This document shows, piece after piece, positions 28,002-38,002 of a stretch of 64,000 nucleotides of DNA; position 1 is the first letter of the stretch, and every line of letters begins with the position of its first letter. Under the pieces are notes generated by a model. It worked only from the letters and a program-made list of their open reading frames with translations, was not told the origin of the DNA and made no database searches. Origin of the DNA: Terriglobia bacterium (GTDB taxonomy: Bacteria; Acidobacteriota; Terriglobia; JAJPHL01; JAPKYU01). Location: assembly GCA_965223005.1 (NCBI GenBank), contig CBDCVK010000010.1, forward strand, positions 608,001-672,000, read 5' to 3'. The position numbers and the translations under genes are program-made.

Positions 28002-30076
28002 TCTCGCTTCTTGCCGGTTTCCCGGGCCAGGCGCACTTTAGCGCCTTCCAGTTTCTTCTGGATCTTCGCCACTACCTCCGGGTCAGCTTCGCTGGGCAGG
28101 GCGCGCGACCACTGGGCCAGCGCCTTCTGCCAATGAATCAGCGCTTCGCGAATTCGCCCGGTGCTGTAGTACACGTCGCCCAGGTGGTCGTGGATGGTGG
28201 CATCGCGGGAAATCCGCTGGACCGCCCTCAGCAGGTACTGCTCGGCCGCGTCGAACTGGTCCAGTTTGTAAAACACCCAGCCCAGGCTGTCCAGGTAGGC
28301 TCCGTTATTGGGGTCCTGCTCCAGGGCGGCTTGAATGTATCGTTTGGCTTCCTCAAGGCGCACGCCACGGTCGGCCAGCATGTAGCCGAGGTAGTTGAGG
28401 GTCATCGCACTCTGGGGGTTGATGGCCAGGGCTTTCTGGAACTGCTCTTCGGCGCCGTTGTATTTCTTCTGCCGTTCCAGAATGGAGCCCCAGAGGAAGT
28501 GAACGAACTCCTTTTCCTCTTGGCGCGACGAGTACTTTTCCGCTGCGGCGATAGCCTGCTCGGCCTCTCGATAGCGCTTCGCGCGCTCGTTCACCTGAGC
28601 CAGGGTGAGCAGCACCTCGCGGTCCTCCGGTTTGTCCTGGAGCATGGCTCGCAGAATCCGGGAGGCGCGTTCCGCCTCTCCGCTCTCCCCCAGAAGCGAA
28701 ACGTGAGTGAGCTTCAGGCTGCGTTCCTCGGGGAAACGTTGGAGTGCCGCTTCAGCCTCGGCCAGCGCCCGGGGTAGCTCTCTGGCTTGGCGGAGGGTTT
28801 CCACCAGCTGGGTGGCCCCGCGGACTGCGTTTTCCTCGTCGCTTTCCAGCATCTGCCGGAACGCCTCTTCCGCAGCCGTGTAATTTTCCGTGCTGCGGTA
28901 CAGAACACCGAGCCGCTCCAACAAGATGGCCCGGTTGGCTTTCTCGCGTGGACCCTGTTGGCTGGCGTCGGCCTGGTTCGTCTGGTCCAACAACTTCTGC
29001 ATTGCCTGGATGGCCTCGTGCGGCCGACCCTGGGCTTCGTGCAACAATGCCAGGTTGTAAGGAACCTCCACGCTTTCCGGCATCAGTGCCCCGGCCTTCC
29101 TCAGGTTTTCCAATGCCAGATCGTACTTCCGCAGCTGGCGGTAGATTTGCCCCAGCCGCAGGAAGGCGTTCCCGTTGCGGGGTTGGGCGGCCGCCACCGC
29201 CTGATAGGGAACCAGGGCTTCCTCGTACTGTTCGTTGTAGATCAGGTTGCGGCCCAGGGCGCTGAGGAATTGAGTGTTGTCCTTGTCCCGCTCCAAAGCC
29301 TTGCGGTAGGCTTGAATGGCTTTCCCATGCTCGCGCCCCTGTTCGTAGGCCGCCCCGAGGGCTGCTAGGAGCTTGGGGTCCGGATTCCGGCCAGTGGCTT
29401 TTTCCAGCAGTTCCGAAGCAGCATGAAACTGGCTGGCGTCGGTGTAGAGGAAGGCCAGGGTCGTCAGCGCCGCCTCGGATTCCGGCTCCAGTGCGAGCGC
29501 CTCCTTGAGCACCTCCTCGGCCTTGCTAAAGTCGCTGCTCAACCGGTACAGCCTCCCCAGGGTGACCCGGACACCCGGGTCCTTGGGCTGGAGCCGGGCA
29601 ATCGCTTCGAACTGCTCGATGGCCCGGCGCAGCACGTCTCCCCGCTGCGTGCCGCCTGAGGGCTCCCCTAGCACCCGCAGGTAAATGCGGCCCAAGAGGC
29701 GCCGTGCCTCCAGACTACTGGGATCGCGCTGGAGCACCTCTTCGGCTTGCAGCACCGCCTCGCGGATGCGCCCGGTGCGGGCGTACAGGTCGGCCAGCTC
29801 CGCGCTAAGGAAAGCTGAATCCGGGTCGAACTGGATGGCCTGCTTGTATTCTTCGATGGCCCGGGCAAAGTAATCCTGCCGGTTGTGGGCTACTGCCATT
29901 TCCTTGTAGAGGTGAGCCAAAGTGTAGTGGTAATAGGACCGACCGCGGTCCGGAACGGCGGCGGGCAAGCTGCTGGGGTCACCAGGCTGCGCTTCAGGCT
30001 CCTCGGATTGTTGGCCGCACAGCCCCCCGGAACCTAGCAGCAACAGTAAGACTAGCGACAGGGATCTGTTCATCAA
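27998..30076 (-). CDS. Secreted tetratricopeptide repeat protein
   Basis: Signal peptide, many TPRs, LNYLGYMLAD and YLDSLGW motifs typical of the TPR gene upstream of ispE. Confidence 0.88.
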   Translation of the reverse strand: MMNRSLSLVLLLLLGSGGLCGQQSEEPEAQPGDPSSLPAAVPDRGRSYYHYTLAHLYKEMAVAHNRQDYFARAIEEYKQAIQFDPDSAFLSAELADLYARTGRIREAVLQAEEVLQRDPSSLEARRLLGRIYLRVLGEPSGGTQRGDVLRRAIEQFEAIARLQPKDPGVRVTLGRLYRLSSDFSKAEEVLKEALALEPESEAALTTLAFLYTDASQFHAASELLEKATGRNPDPKLLAALGAAYEQGREHGKAIQAYRKALERDKDNTQFLSALGRNLIYNEQYEEALVPYQAVAAAQPRNGNAFLRLGQIYRQLRKYDLALENLRKAGALMPESVEVPYNLALLHEAQGRPHEAIQAMQKLLDQTNQADASQQGPREKANRAILLERLGVLYRSTENYTAAEEAFRQMLESDEENAVRGATQLVETLRQARELPRALAEAEAALQRFPEERSLKLTHVSLLGESGEAERASRILRAMLQDKPEDREVLLTLAQVNERAKRYREAEQAIAAAEKYSSRQEEKEFVHFLWGSILERQKKYNGAEEQFQKALAINPQSAMTLNYLGYMLADRGVRLEEAKRYIQAALEQDPNNGAYLDSLGWVFYKLDQFDAAEQYLLRAVQRISRDATIHDHLGDVYYSTGRIREALIHWQKALAQWSRALPSEADPEVVAKIQKKLEGAKVRLARETGKKRD

Positions 30077-30210
30077 GCCGCCTGTTCAGAAGACATCTTG
30101 CCCACTTCTGCCCAGTATAGCACCACCTCGAGGCCCGAAAACGGATCAGATAAGGTCACCAGTAAGAACTGTTCTGGCACGTGCCCGTTCGAGTTGACGG
30201 TCTTCCTCCA

Positions 30211-31785
30211 CTAGTGTAGGAAGTGGCGCACGCCAGTGAAGATCATGGCCAGGCCGAGCCGGTCGGCCGCCGTGATCACTTCGCGGTCGCGGATCGAGCC
30301 GCCCGGCTGGATGACAGCTGTGATGCCGACCTTCGCGCCCTCTTCCACGCCGTCGGGGAAGGAAAAGAAGGCGTCGGAGGCCATCACCGTACCGTCGAGA
30401 GAAAGCACGGCTTTGCCCGCGCCCAGCTTCACCGAATCCACTCGGCTCATTTGTCCGGCTCCCACACCCACCAGCTGCCCCTCGCGGGCAAAGACGATGG
30501 CATTGGACTTCACATGCTTGACGATTTTCCAGGCGAACAGCAGCGCGCGGATCTCCTCCTCGCTGGGAGAGCGCTGGGTGACCACCCGCAGTTCCTTCTG
30601 AGCCAGCCGGTGCTGATCCGGAGTCTGCGCCAGCAGGCCGCCGCTGATGTGTCTCCATTGGAGCTGATCGCCAGCCCGCTCGCCGTCGGCCATCTCCACC
30701 AGTCGCAGGTCCTTCTTGGAAGCCAGGCGTTGACGCGCGCCGGCGCTGTAACCAGGGGCGATGATGGCCTCCACGAAGGTCTTGGCGACCTCTTCAGCCG
30801 TCTCGGCCTCCAGTGGACGGTTGAAGCCGAGCACGCTGCCGAAGGCCGACACCGGGTCGGTGGCCAAGGCCCGGCGATAGCTCTCGACTTGGCTGGCTGC
30901 GCTGCCCAGACCGCAAGGATTGGTATGCTTGATAATTGCGGCGGCAATTTCGGAGAATTCACTGACCAGTTCCCAGGTCGCATCCAGGTCCACCAGATTG
31001 TTGTAGGAAAGCGGCTTTCCTTGGAGTTGCTGCGCGCCGGCCAGCCCCACTGCGGACTGGTTTCTTGCCCGGTACAGGGCTGCCTGCTGGTGCGGGTTTT
31101 CGCCGTAGCGCAAGTCGCTGACTTTTTCCAGCGGCAGCCACTGCAACGGCGGGAATGGCGAAGACTCGGCCGTGACAGTAGCCGGAGCTGCGGGGTTGGC
31201 GGTTTTGGCCAGAGTTTGCGCAATGGCGGCGTCGTAGGCGGCGGTCGCGGCGAAAGCCCGCTGCGCCAGCCTCCAGCAAGTCTCCATCGGCAGCTCCCCG
31301 CCCGTCTGCTCCAGTTGCCTCAGCAGCGGCTGATAGTCATCGGGAGAGACCAACACGGCCACGTCGCGGAAGTTCTTGGCGGCCGAACGGATCATGGAGG
31401 GGCCCCCGATGTCGATCTGTTCGATCAGCACCTCAAGCACCTCGTTGCGGGCGTCGGCCTGCTCAAACTGGTACAGATTCACGATGAGCAGGTCAATGGG
31501 GCGAATCCGATGGTGCTCGAGTGAGGCCAGGTGCTCCGCCTGGTCCCGCCGCGCCAACAATCCACCATGGATGGCCGGGTGCAGGGTTTTGACTCGTCCA
31601 TCCAACATTTCCGGAAAGCCGGTAACCTCGGCAACCTCAGTGACCGCCAGGCCGCTTTTCCGCAACAGACGGGCCGTTCCACCGGTGGAAATCAGCTCGA
31701 TTCCCAGTTTCGCCAAGCCGCGGGCAAATTCCACCAGCCCACGCTTGTCGGTCACACTCAACAGAGCGCGTTGAATCTTCGGCAT
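30211..31785 (-). CDS. purH: Bifunctional AICAR transformylase/IMP cyclohydrolase
   Basis: RALLSVTDK, GRVKTLHP, IDIGGPSM, LRYGENPHQ, KSNAI, IQPGGS.RD. Confidence 0.97.
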   Translation of the reverse strand: MPKIQRALLSVTDKRGLVEFARGLAKLGIELISTGGTARLLRKSGLAVTEVAEVTGFPEMLDGRVKTLHPAIHGGLLARRDQAEHLASLEHHRIRPIDLLIVNLYQFEQADARNEVLEVLIEQIDIGGPSMIRSAAKNFRDVAVLVSPDDYQPLLRQLEQTGGELPMETCWRLAQRAFAATAAYDAAIAQTLAKTANPAAPATVTAESSPFPPLQWLPLEKVSDLRYGENPHQQAALYRARNQSAVGLAGAQQLQGKPLSYNNLVDLDATWELVSEFSEIAAAIIKHTNPCGLGSAASQVESYRRALATDPVSAFGSVLGFNRPLEAETAEEVAKTFVEAIIAPGYSAGARQRLASKKDLRLVEMADGERAGDQLQWRHISGGLLAQTPDQHRLAQKELRVVTQRSPSEEEIRALLFAWKIVKHVKSNAIVFAREGQLVGVGAGQMSRVDSVKLGAGKAVLSLDGTVMASDAFFSFPDGVEEGAKVGITAVIQPGGSIRDREVITAADRLGLAMIFTGVRHFLH

Positions 31786-31835
31786 AGATGGGGTCGGGAA
31801 AATAGAGGATGCCGACGCTTTGGATCGTCAGAAAC

Positions 31836-32381
31836 TCAGGATGAGCCTTTTGCTTTTAATCGGACCTGGCCTTTTTCCACCTCCACGACGTATTCCACAG
31901 ACTGACACCCCTGGTCTTTCTTCAACTGCTCGGTCTTCTGCTTGACGAAGCGCTTGAAGTTGTCCAGCGGCAGGGCGTCGCCCGCCTGCCCACACTGTTT
32001 CTTGGCCTCCACCAGGGCCTCGAACAGCTGTTCCACCTTTTGGTGCTCTTTGTCCGGGTCCTGCCATTGAGTTTTGAACGCTGCCGGGGCTTCCTCGCGC
32101 GGCTCCTCGCGTCGGCGCGCCTCGCGGCCTTCCTCGCGGGCTTTTACTTTCTGTCGCCACATGTCGTTGAAGAGGGCGTAGCGCTGCACCAGGCTGTTGT
32201 AGCGGAACCGTTGAGCAAATGTCAGCTTTTGCCCCTCGCCGTAGCGCTTAATCAGGCTCTCGATCTTCCAGTGCAGGTCCGTGGGAGGACGCTTCCTGGC
32301 GCCGTTAAAGTAGATGTCAAACTCGATCTTCAGCCGGCGGATGCCGTCCTCGATCTGGGTGATTGCTTCGTCAACGGTCAT
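31836..32381 (-). CDS. Hypothetical protein, MXAN_5187 C-terminal-domain-like
   Basis: LKIEFDIYFNG..RPP..RFRYNSL..W; C-terminal VEVEKGQVRLKAK; AAGGA RBS. Confidence 0.65.
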   Translation of the reverse strand: MTVDEAITQIEDGIRRLKIEFDIYFNGARKRPPTDLHWKIESLIKRYGEGQKLTFAQRFRYNSLVQRYALFNDMWRQKVKAREEGREARRREEPREEAPAAFKTQWQDPDKEHQKVEQLFEALVEAKKQCGQAGDALPLDNFKRFVKQKTEQLKKDQGCQSVEYVVEVEKGQVRLKAKGSS

Positions 32382-32573
32382 GTGAACTTCCTTAATGGTA
32401 GGCCAATCCAGGCGGTGAAGCAAGAGCGGTTGGAAATCGAGTCCGTAGGACCGGAAGGCCGGCGATCCCTACCGCGGGAAGGCACTGTGGCCCGCTGGTT
32501 GCTGGTGACTGATTGGTTTCCCCCTTCGCAACAGTAATTGCGATCCCGGACCGGCTGGGCTACTTTTGCGGTT

Positions 32574-33458
32574 ATGCATGAACGTGGCGAAGCTGGAACC
32601 GACGTGCCCGTGGTTCTCACCATTGCGGCCTTCGACCCTTCCGGTGGCGCCGGTATCATCGCAGACTTGAAAACCTTTGCCGCCCACAATTGCTACGGGG
32701 TGTCAGCGGTGACGACACTCACCGTGCGACACACCGAACGGGTGGGCGGTCGCCAGGACGTTCCATCGTCATGGTTGGCCCAGCAGATCGCGCCTCTGAC
32801 GGAGGACATCCCCCTGGCCGGAGTTAAGATTGGTCTGATGGGTTCGGCCGCCAACGTTGAGGCGGTGGTCGCCGCACTGGACCGCTATGCTCTGCCGTTT
32901 GTGGTTCTGGACCCGATGTTTCGCTCCGGCAGCGGCGCCTCCATGCTGTCGCCGGAGGCCGTGGAGCTGCTGCACGACCGGCTTCTCCCCAAAGCTACCC
33001 TCATGACTCCCAATACGGAGGAGGCCTCCCACCTGACCGGGCGGAGCCTGCGTACCGTTGAGGAGATGAAAGCGGTCGCCGCAAGCCTCCACGGCATGTG
33101 TGGAGCAGCGGTGGTGATCACCGGGGAGCACCTGGAAAAGCCCCAGGACGTGCTGTTTGACGGCAAAGAGAATTTCGTCTTTGCTGGCAATAGGGCTGGC
33201 GGCCGGCTCCGCTCACCGAAGATGCATGGGGCCCGCTGCACGTTCTCTTCGGCGATCGCGGCCAACCTGGCCCTGGGCAAGTCCCTGCCGGACGCAATCG
33301 TGCTGGCTAAGGCTTACGTCACCCAGGCCATGGAAAAAGGTCACGCGATGGGACGCTGGCCCGTGTTGCTCAACCACCTGTATCGGCTACAAGCCCCGGG
33401 GCCGCCGCGCGCGGTGGCTCTCGAACCAGTCGAATCGCACGCCGCCGGGCACCGCTAG
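32574..33458 (+). CDS. thiD: Hydroxymethylpyrimidine/phosphomethylpyrimidine kinase family
   Basis: DPSGGAGIIADLKTF, VVLDP, MTPN.EEA; anion-hole motif is degenerate (HGARC instead of HGTGC). Confidence 0.8.
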   Translation: MHERGEAGTDVPVVLTIAAFDPSGGAGIIADLKTFAAHNCYGVSAVTTLTVRHTERVGGRQDVPSSWLAQQIAPLTEDIPLAGVKIGLMGSAANVEAVVAALDRYALPFVVLDPMFRSGSGASMLSPEAVELLHDRLLPKATLMTPNTEEASHLTGRSLRTVEEMKAVAASLHGMCGAAVVITGEHLEKPQDVLFDGKENFVFAGNRAGGRLRSPKMHGARCTFSSAIAANLALGKSLPDAIVLAKAYVTQAMEKGHAMGRWPVLLNHLYRLQAPGPPRAVALEPVESHAAGHR

Positions 33459-33647
33459 AGCGGGCGCCTCCAGCCAGCAACCCCTCCACACCCGTTTCGG
33501 CGCCTGCTACACTGAGAAGCGCAAGGGTCTTCCCACACTCTGAAACAGGGCTTACTGATGCCAGGCAGCGGCAGTGACCAAAGACGAGTCCCGAGTGCCA
33601 CTCCGGTTGCCACCTGGCGGAGCCAGTCCAAGGACCAGTCCAAAGAA

Positions 33648-34112
33648 ATGAGGGACAATGCCTGCATTGGGTTCCGCGACTACCAGCCGGGCGATTTCCG
33701 CGCTCTATGCGATATTGACCGGCTGTGTTTCCCTGCAGGCATCGCCTATAGCCCCGCTGAGTTGTCCTACTGGCTGCGGTCCCGAGACACCTTCGCGATT
33801 GTTGCGGAAGACCAGCAGGCGACCTGCATCACCGGATTTGTCCTCGGCCGCCGGGAACACGACGCCAATGGTCACATCATCACGATTGAGGTGCTGCCCG
33901 AACACCGCCGGGCGGGCATCGCCACGGAGCTGATCGAGCGCGCCCAGGAGCGATTCAAGCAGATGAAGGTCACGCACGTAGAGCTCTTTACCTGGGTGGA
34001 GAACACTCAGGCAGTGGCCTTTTACCGCAAGCTGGGCTACCAGACCGTGGCCCGTGTCCGCCGCTACTACCTTGGCCGCATGGACGCCTGGCTGATGGCC
34101 CGAGAGCTCTAG
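33648..34112 (+). CDS. GNAT N-acetyltransferase (RimI-like)
   Basis: GHIITIEV.PEHRRAGIA, N.QA.AFYRKLGY, YY..DA..M. Confidence 0.88.
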   Translation: MRDNACIGFRDYQPGDFRALCDIDRLCFPAGIAYSPAELSYWLRSRDTFAIVAEDQQATCITGFVLGRREHDANGHIITIEVLPEHRRAGIATELIERAQERFKQMKVTHVELFTWVENTQAVAFYRKLGYQTVARVRRYYLGRMDAWLMAREL

Positions 34113-34218
34113 CGAAGCAATCCCGATCCGCCTCGGCCTTTCCTTTCCAGCATCAGAATTGACGAGGCCAGTGTCATAGCGTTAGCCTTGGCGATCATAG
34201 GGGTTCACAAAGACAAGT

Positions 34219-35448
34219 ATGCAGAGCAGGCGAATGGATATGTGGTGGCTTAGGCGGGCACTCCTGTCCGCACTGGTCGGCTTCGCCTTCGCAATCCCCT
34301 TTGTGACGGCACCCGCCACGCGAGCCAAAGCATTGCAGGAGGAGGCCGGACAAGCGCAGGCGAGCGCTGAACAGGCACCCGGTCCGAGCGAGGCTTATCT
34401 GATTCTCGCAAAGGGGCCTGTTAACAGTCGCCTGACAAGGCACATTCGCCAGGAGCTCCAGAAAGCAGCGGCCTCAGGAGCACAAGCCGCAATCCTAGAA
34501 ATTGACACTTTCGGCGGAGAGTTGGACGCGGCCGTCGCAATCCGAGACGCTCTCTTGGACGCGCCGTTGCGCGTCATCGCCTTTGTGAACAAACGCGCCA
34601 TCTCGGCCGGCGCGCTGATTGCCCTGGCTAGCCACGAGATCGTTATGGCGCCGGGAGCCACGATCGGGGCGGCCACTCCCGTGCGGTTGACCTGGACGGG
34701 GTCGGAGCCGGCAGGGGAAAAGGCGATCAGTTACTTCCGCAAAGAGATGAAGGCGACCGCGGAAAGCCGAAATCATCCCGGCGCGCTGGCCGAGGCGATG
34801 GTAGATACCGATGTGGTGGTCCCGGAAGTCGTGGAGAAGGGGAAGCTGTTGACCTTGACCACCCAGGAAGCCTTGACCCTGAAGCTTGCGGCAGCTAAGA
34901 GCGAAGATCTGGAACAGCTGCTCGAAACCTACAAGCTCGAACTGGTCGCCGAAAGCCGCAAGGAAGCCGCGCGTGCAGCCGAAGCGGTGGATGCGCGCGG
35001 TTGGTTCGAGCAGTTTCGCGCCTGGCATGTTTGGTTGCTCCTGGGTCTGGCGCTGGTTGTGGTAGAAATCCTGATCCCCGCATTCTTTGTTCTCTGGTTC
35101 GGGGTGGGAGCTTCGGTGGCTGCTTTGCTGGCCTTCCTGGGGATGTCGCAGGCGGTTCAGGTGAGCGCCTTTTTGGCTATTTCGTTCCTGCTGCTGGTGT
35201 TTTCGCGCACCATATTCCAGAGCACGCTGTTTCGCAGCCAGCAGAGCGTCGCCACAAATGTCGAAGCACTCAAAGGCCAGCAAGCAATCGTGCTGAAGGC
35301 CATGGAGGGGAGTCTCCAGCCCGGCTCGGTGAAGATTGGCGGCGAGGTGTGGTCCGCGATCTGCGAGGAGGAAACCCAGATCCTCGAAGGAGCCAAAGTG
35401 GAGGTTCTGGATGTGGTGGGGAACAAGGTTCGGGTGAAACCAATTTAG
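34219..35448 (+). CDS. NfeD-family protein with N-terminal ClpP-like domain and C-terminal OB fold
   Basis: IDTFGG, AISAGALI, M.PGATIGAATP; C-terminal GSVKIGGEVWSA. Confidence 0.85.
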   Translation: MQSRRMDMWWLRRALLSALVGFAFAIPFVTAPATRAKALQEEAGQAQASAEQAPGPSEAYLILAKGPVNSRLTRHIRQELQKAAASGAQAAILEIDTFGGELDAAVAIRDALLDAPLRVIAFVNKRAISAGALIALASHEIVMAPGATIGAATPVRLTWTGSEPAGEKAISYFRKEMKATAESRNHPGALAEAMVDTDVVVPEVVEKGKLLTLTTQEALTLKLAAAKSEDLEQLLETYKLELVAESRKEAARAAEAVDARGWFEQFRAWHVWLLLGLALVVVEILIPAFFVLWFGVGASVAALLAFLGMSQAVQVSAFLAISFLLLVFSRTIFQSTLFRSQQSVATNVEALKGQQAIVLKAMEGSLQPGSVKIGGEVWSAICEEETQILEGAKVEVLDVVGNKVRVKPI

Positions 35449-35457
35449 GAGGGAGCT

Positions 35458-36411
35458 ATGTCAGGGTTTACTTTCTTTGTTGTGGTGATTGTGCTTATCG
35501 TAGTGGCCAAAAGAGGTGTCCAGCTCGTTCAGCAGGCCACGGTCAAGATCGTGGAGAGGTTGGGCAAGTTCCACAAGATTGCTCACAGCGGGATCAATTT
35601 CATCTGGCCGTTTGTGGACAACGTCCGGCCATTTGCTTTGTTGGGCCGGCGATCTTCCCATGTGGACATGCGGGAACAGGTGATGGACTTTGTGCCCCAA
35701 CCCGTGATCACCCGCGACAACGTCACCATGGAAGTGGATACGGTACTGTACTTCCAGATTACCGATCCGTTTAAAGCCACTTACGAAATCGTTGACCTGG
35801 GGGCGGCCATCCACCAGCTCACCGTGACCAGCCTGCGCAACGTGATGGGCGAGCTGGCGTTGGATGAGACCCTCACCTCGCGGGAGACGGTGAACATCAA
35901 GCTGCGCGATGTGCTGGATGAGGCCACCGACAAGTGGGGAGTCAAGATCAACCGCGTGGAATTAAAGAACATCGAGCCGCCACGGGAGATTCGCGACGCC
36001 ATGGCCATGCAGATGAAGGCGGAGCGCGAACGGCGGGCCGTGGTCACCGAGGCGGAAGGCACCAAGAGGTCAGCCATCTTGAGCGCCGAAGGGCAACGGG
36101 AGGCCGCCATTGCCAGAGCCGAAGGAGAGAAGCGCGCCACCATCCTGGATGCGGAAGGCGTGGCCGAAGCGCGGCTGAAAATCGCTCAGGCAGAAGCTGA
36201 GGCGCTCACTCGCGTGCGCGGAGCGTTGGGCGAGGCCAGCCCGGCCAACTACCTCATCGCACTGAAGTACCTGGAGTCGCTCGAAAAGATCTCCGCGGGA
36301 CAGGCAACCAAGATCTTCCTCCCCTTCGAGGCCAGCAGCATTCTTGGCTCGGTGGGAGGCATCCGCGAGATGCTCGCGACCGAGCGCACGCCTCCAACCA
36401 AGCGCGAGTAG
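35458..36411 (+). CDS. SPFH/stomatin-like (band 7) protein
   Basis: VERLGKF, Q.VITRDNV, TDKWGVKINRVE, QMKAERERRA. Confidence 0.93.
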   Translation: MSGFTFFVVVIVLIVVAKRGVQLVQQATVKIVERLGKFHKIAHSGINFIWPFVDNVRPFALLGRRSSHVDMREQVMDFVPQPVITRDNVTMEVDTVLYFQITDPFKATYEIVDLGAAIHQLTVTSLRNVMGELALDETLTSRETVNIKLRDVLDEATDKWGVKINRVELKNIEPPREIRDAMAMQMKAERERRAVVTEAEGTKRSAILSAEGQREAAIARAEGEKRATILDAEGVAEARLKIAQAEAEALTRVRGALGEASPANYLIALKYLESLEKISAGQATKIFLPFEASSILGSVGGIREMLATERTPPTKRE

Positions 36412-36503
36412 CCCAGATCCTTCCGCGGGGACCCGGTGAATCTTGCCTGGGGGAAGGAAGCGTTCCGACGCCAGCAGTTCCGATGCCAGCAGCGGTGCTT
36501 TGC

Positions 36504-36914
36504 TCAGGTTGGTTTCTTGCGCAGCAGGCGGTCCGGACTCCAGGGACCGGGACCGGCGGCGAACAGGTACAAGAACACGAAACTGTACAGAGCGCCCAGC
36601 TCGCCCCCATTCAGAATCGGCCAGAATCCTCTCGGAAAGTGGGCCATGAAATACGCCACCGCCATCTGACCACTCAAAAGAAAAGCAGTGGGCACGGTGA
36701 AGAGGCCCAAGATGAGCAGCAGGCCTCCCACGAGTTCCAGGAAGCCGGCAAACCAGATGAGGGAAAAGAATTGGGCTTTGGCGCCGGTTCCCCCCATTCC
36801 TCCCAGGAGTCCGAAGACTTTCTGGAAGCCGTGGAGTGAGAAGGTAAACCCGGCGATGATCCGCAACAACGAAAGCACATAAGGTTCCAGAGCCGCAATT
36901 TTCGCTTGAAGCAC
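36504..36914 (-). CDS. DoxX family membrane protein
   Basis: LLRI..HG.QK.FG, ELVGG, GQMAVAYFMAH, NGGE, GPG.WS. Confidence 0.9.
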   Translation of the reverse strand: MLQAKIAALEPYVLSLLRIIAGFTFSLHGFQKVFGLLGGMGGTGAKAQFFSLIWFAGFLELVGGLLLILGLFTVPTAFLLSGQMAVAYFMAHFPRGFWPILNGGELGALYSFVFLYLFAAGPGPWSPDRLLRKKPT

Positions 36915-36999
36915 GATTTCCTCCGAGGCAACAGCTCCCGGAAGGGAGCCCCGATGTCACCTGCGTGATGTCACATGAGTTCGGGCGGCCGGATCTGGC

Positions 37000-37905
37000 T
37001 CAAGCGAGAGCCAGACATCGGACCGCAGGGAGTCCCTCAGCCGCTATCGTCCAACTCCTGCCCTGGTCCGACGAGACAAATACCTTCCCTTCTGAGGTAC
37101 CGAAAGCCGCCTGGGCATCATGTCCCGCTAAGCAATACGTGTCGATATTCTTGGAGAACCACTTGGGCAGACCCTTCTCGCATCGCTCAAAGTGCCCGCC
37201 ACCAGAAACAGGTCTTCGGTACAACGCGGCACGGTGTGTGAATGGACCTGTTGATGCCGTAACCAAGACCGTCTCATCAGCAACCGCGACTGCTCGGAGG
37301 TAGTCTCCATGCAGCCCTTGAGCATCAAACTCCCAGGACTTTCCTCCATCGGCACTGACGGCGAGCCCCTGAGCCGTAGCCGCAAAAACCAGCCCGGAGC
37401 CAGGGTCGCAGAGAACCTGATGAACGTCGGCCTCGACATCGATGGTGGGGTGCCAGGACTTACCACCGTCTTCGGATCGCGGCACTCCTCCGACGTGGAC
37501 ATTGACATAAACCGTGCCCTTCGGGTCAGCAGACATCGACCGCACATCCGGTGGCCCGCCCCACGGTGTAAACCATGCGTCCCTACCTTCAGTTTGGTCG
37601 AAGGAATGGACCCGCTCAAGCTGCCCGTCTCTCAGCAGAAACAGATAGGCTTCCGATGTCCCTAGGAAAATTCCAGACGACGCAAGCAATAGACAGTTCG
37701 CCTCTTGGGCGTCAATGGAAGTGACCCGCTTCCAGTCGCCTCTGGGAGCGACATGCCAAACTTCCCTGCCATCGACAATGGCCCACCGCCCTGAAGCGTG
37801 GCTCGTCACCCACCTGACTTCGCCCCCAGCCAGCTGGACACTCAGGTCCTCACCTAATTCATGGAGTCCATCGGTCGTTCCCACCAAGACCTTAGCTGGC
37901 ATCAT
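37000..37905 (-). CDS. Beta-propeller protein with BNR/Asp-box repeats
   Basis: RSEDGGKSW, SADGGKSW, SSDQGRSW; TPWGGPPDVRS. Confidence 0.8.
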   Translation of the reverse strand: MMPAKVLVGTTDGLHELGEDLSVQLAGGEVRWVTSHASGRWAIVDGREVWHVAPRGDWKRVTSIDAQEANCLLLASSGIFLGTSEAYLFLLRDGQLERVHSFDQTEGRDAWFTPWGGPPDVRSMSADPKGTVYVNVHVGGVPRSEDGGKSWHPTIDVEADVHQVLCDPGSGLVFAATAQGLAVSADGGKSWEFDAQGLHGDYLRAVAVADETVLVTASTGPFTHRAALYRRPVSGGGHFERCEKGLPKWFSKNIDTYCLAGHDAQAAFGTSEGKVFVSSDQGRSWTIAAEGLPAVRCLALA

Positions 37906-38002
37906 CTGGTCCCAACCTTAATTTGCCATAGGCAGAAATGCGAGCGAGCTCAGGATCGCCTCGTTACGCAGGTATTTCCTCCTCCATTGATATTACCGCG
38001 AA

